DNA of 64,000 nt from Phoronis australis (lineage: Eukaryota; Animalia; Phoronida), in NCBI GenBank assembly GCA_002633005.1, contig NMRA01000315.1, forward strand, positions 280,961 to 344,960, given 5' to 3'. Within the stretch, counting starts at the first letter, position 1. Each line of letters opens with the position of its first letter. The translations under genes and the position numbers were made by a program. The notes under the pieces are model-generated. The model was not told the DNA's origin and made no database searches. It saw only the letters and a list, made by a program, of their open reading frames with translations. Shown in pieces: positions 62,424 to 64,000 of this stretch.

Positions 62424-63917
62424 TTAACAATGCTGGTGCACTTCGACACCAGTTTGCTTCAAATGAAAACGTATCTGTTGCAAGTCGGATTAAATTCTGG
62501 GCGCAGGTACACTGTAAAAATTTAAACGCTACTGGAATAAAACAGAAACGAAATGGATTGAACAAACTATAAATTTCCCATTGCTATGGGTGGTAGCAGT
62601 AGGTAAAGTTCATTTAACATGATGTAGGCAACAACCGGAGGGCTCGGGATTCATAGGAGCCTCTGCCTTTGGAACTCCCCTCAGCAGCCGCAACTGTGGA
62701 CCCATTACGAAAATGAAAAGCCGGGCCAACAACTATGTGGTTTGGGGATTGGGACTGCAACGCAAAACAATCGTGTACACCTACATGTACAGGTTGTGCC
62801 GTCTTTTCGGCAATAGACCCTACATAAACCTCTGTTATAAAAATGATCTTTGTTTTTTAACTTTTTGACCCTCTTAAGTTTGTTCATTTCTTTAGCTTAC
62901 TAAACATGTAATGTACGTCTCTGAGATTATAATGTTCTCTTAGATTCCTGGGACCCGTTTCGTGAAAGTGACTTCAGACAAAAATGTTATCTTATGCACC
63001 CACTTCGCCATTGGTATTAAGCCAAGTTACTATGAACGCGTAGCAGTATGGAAATTAAGAACTCTACACAAGTTACATCTATATCACTAGTCAATAGTTA
63101 TGCGTATATTCTCAGAAAATTTTTGTACTTTTGCTTAAGTCAGATTTAACTGTTTTTAAAAATAGTTAGGTGGAAAGTAAGACAAGATTTCTGTATTAAG
63201 TCTTCAGCCACTTTCTACGACACAGTCCCTAGTAGGTTTGGGGACGACATAAGTCGTGCTTCTGGCAGTTTGAAATGTTTTTTACGTCTACTGGCGGAAC
63301 GTGCTGTTTAACAATATATGGCTGCTTTACGTAGATGCAAGAATCTCGCCGAATGCAATACGACGCTAAGGCGAGTGTTTCGATAGTATGAGCGGAAGCT
63401 TACATACTTTAGGAATATGGCCGCCAATGAATGGATTGGTCGGTGATGGTGGTATGTCGAATTATGATATAGATTTTTCTATTCAGCCCTTTCTATAACC
63501 AGTGATTTCTAGCCGCAAATTCACCACGAGTTCCTACCGAACGCTGTCCACATAAGCAGCTGAAATACAATGTAGATGTAAAATGGGGCGAACTTTGTCT
63601 CGCTCTCAGACAGCAACCATAGCAACCACAGAAGCATTCAGCTAAATTTTAGAGGTTGATACTATCAGTTTACACATTGTTATTAATTGACGACAATTGA
63701 ATATGTCAATATTTTATTGGAAAATCGACCGTATGAATGTCTCCGCTTCGTTAGCTGTAAACATTAATTATAATTAGATGTAGACACAATCCTACAATCA
63801 ACAGGATCAACACTTGGTGTTCCAAGCGCCTTGCAACAAAATAGTATCTTTAGATAGACATAACTGAGCGTGCAGTGAGCAGAAGATGCATTCAACCAAA
63901 GTCGTTTTTATACTTGT

Positions 63918-63997
63918 ATCATGGTGTTTAAGTTCACATGGTGAGTATGATGAACATCGTGGTGTTTTCGTTCACAGGGTGAGTATGATGAACACGC
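63918..63997. repeat. About 38-bp tandem repeat at the window edge
   Basis: ATC.TGGTGTTT..GTTCACA.GGTGAGTATGATGAAC occurs twice. Confidence 0.75.
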
Positions 63998-64000
63998 TAT

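Overview
AT-rich eukaryotic genomic DNA with GT-AG introns, probably from a marine invertebrate (organism inferred). Three spliced host genes can be built by hand: (1) a minus-strand secreted Ser/Thr-rich mucin-like protein (exons 7674-7620 and 6904-4881) ending in a 4-Cys PAN/Apple-like module; (2) a plus-strand secreted C-type lectin (exons 29440-29497, 29856-30024, 33397-33613) with a probable last exon at 49316-49608 that ends in a paralogous PAN/Apple-like module; (3) a minus-strand CD225/dispanin (IFITM/PRRT-like) gene (57031-56898, 55872-55650). The rest is mostly decayed transposable elements: a Gypsy relic, CR1/L2-type LINEs, a bounded Sola3 (TTAA TSD) carrying an SGNH-esterase-like relic, Kolobok relics (THAP and a P2X7-ballast-like KolX), a P element with a 7-bp TSD, a hAT transposase relic, hAT-type MITEs with 5-bp or 8-bp TSDs, foldback elements and minisatellites. 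No rRNA, genuine tRNA or CRISPR array was found. All family calls come from motif recognition by eye, with no database searches.
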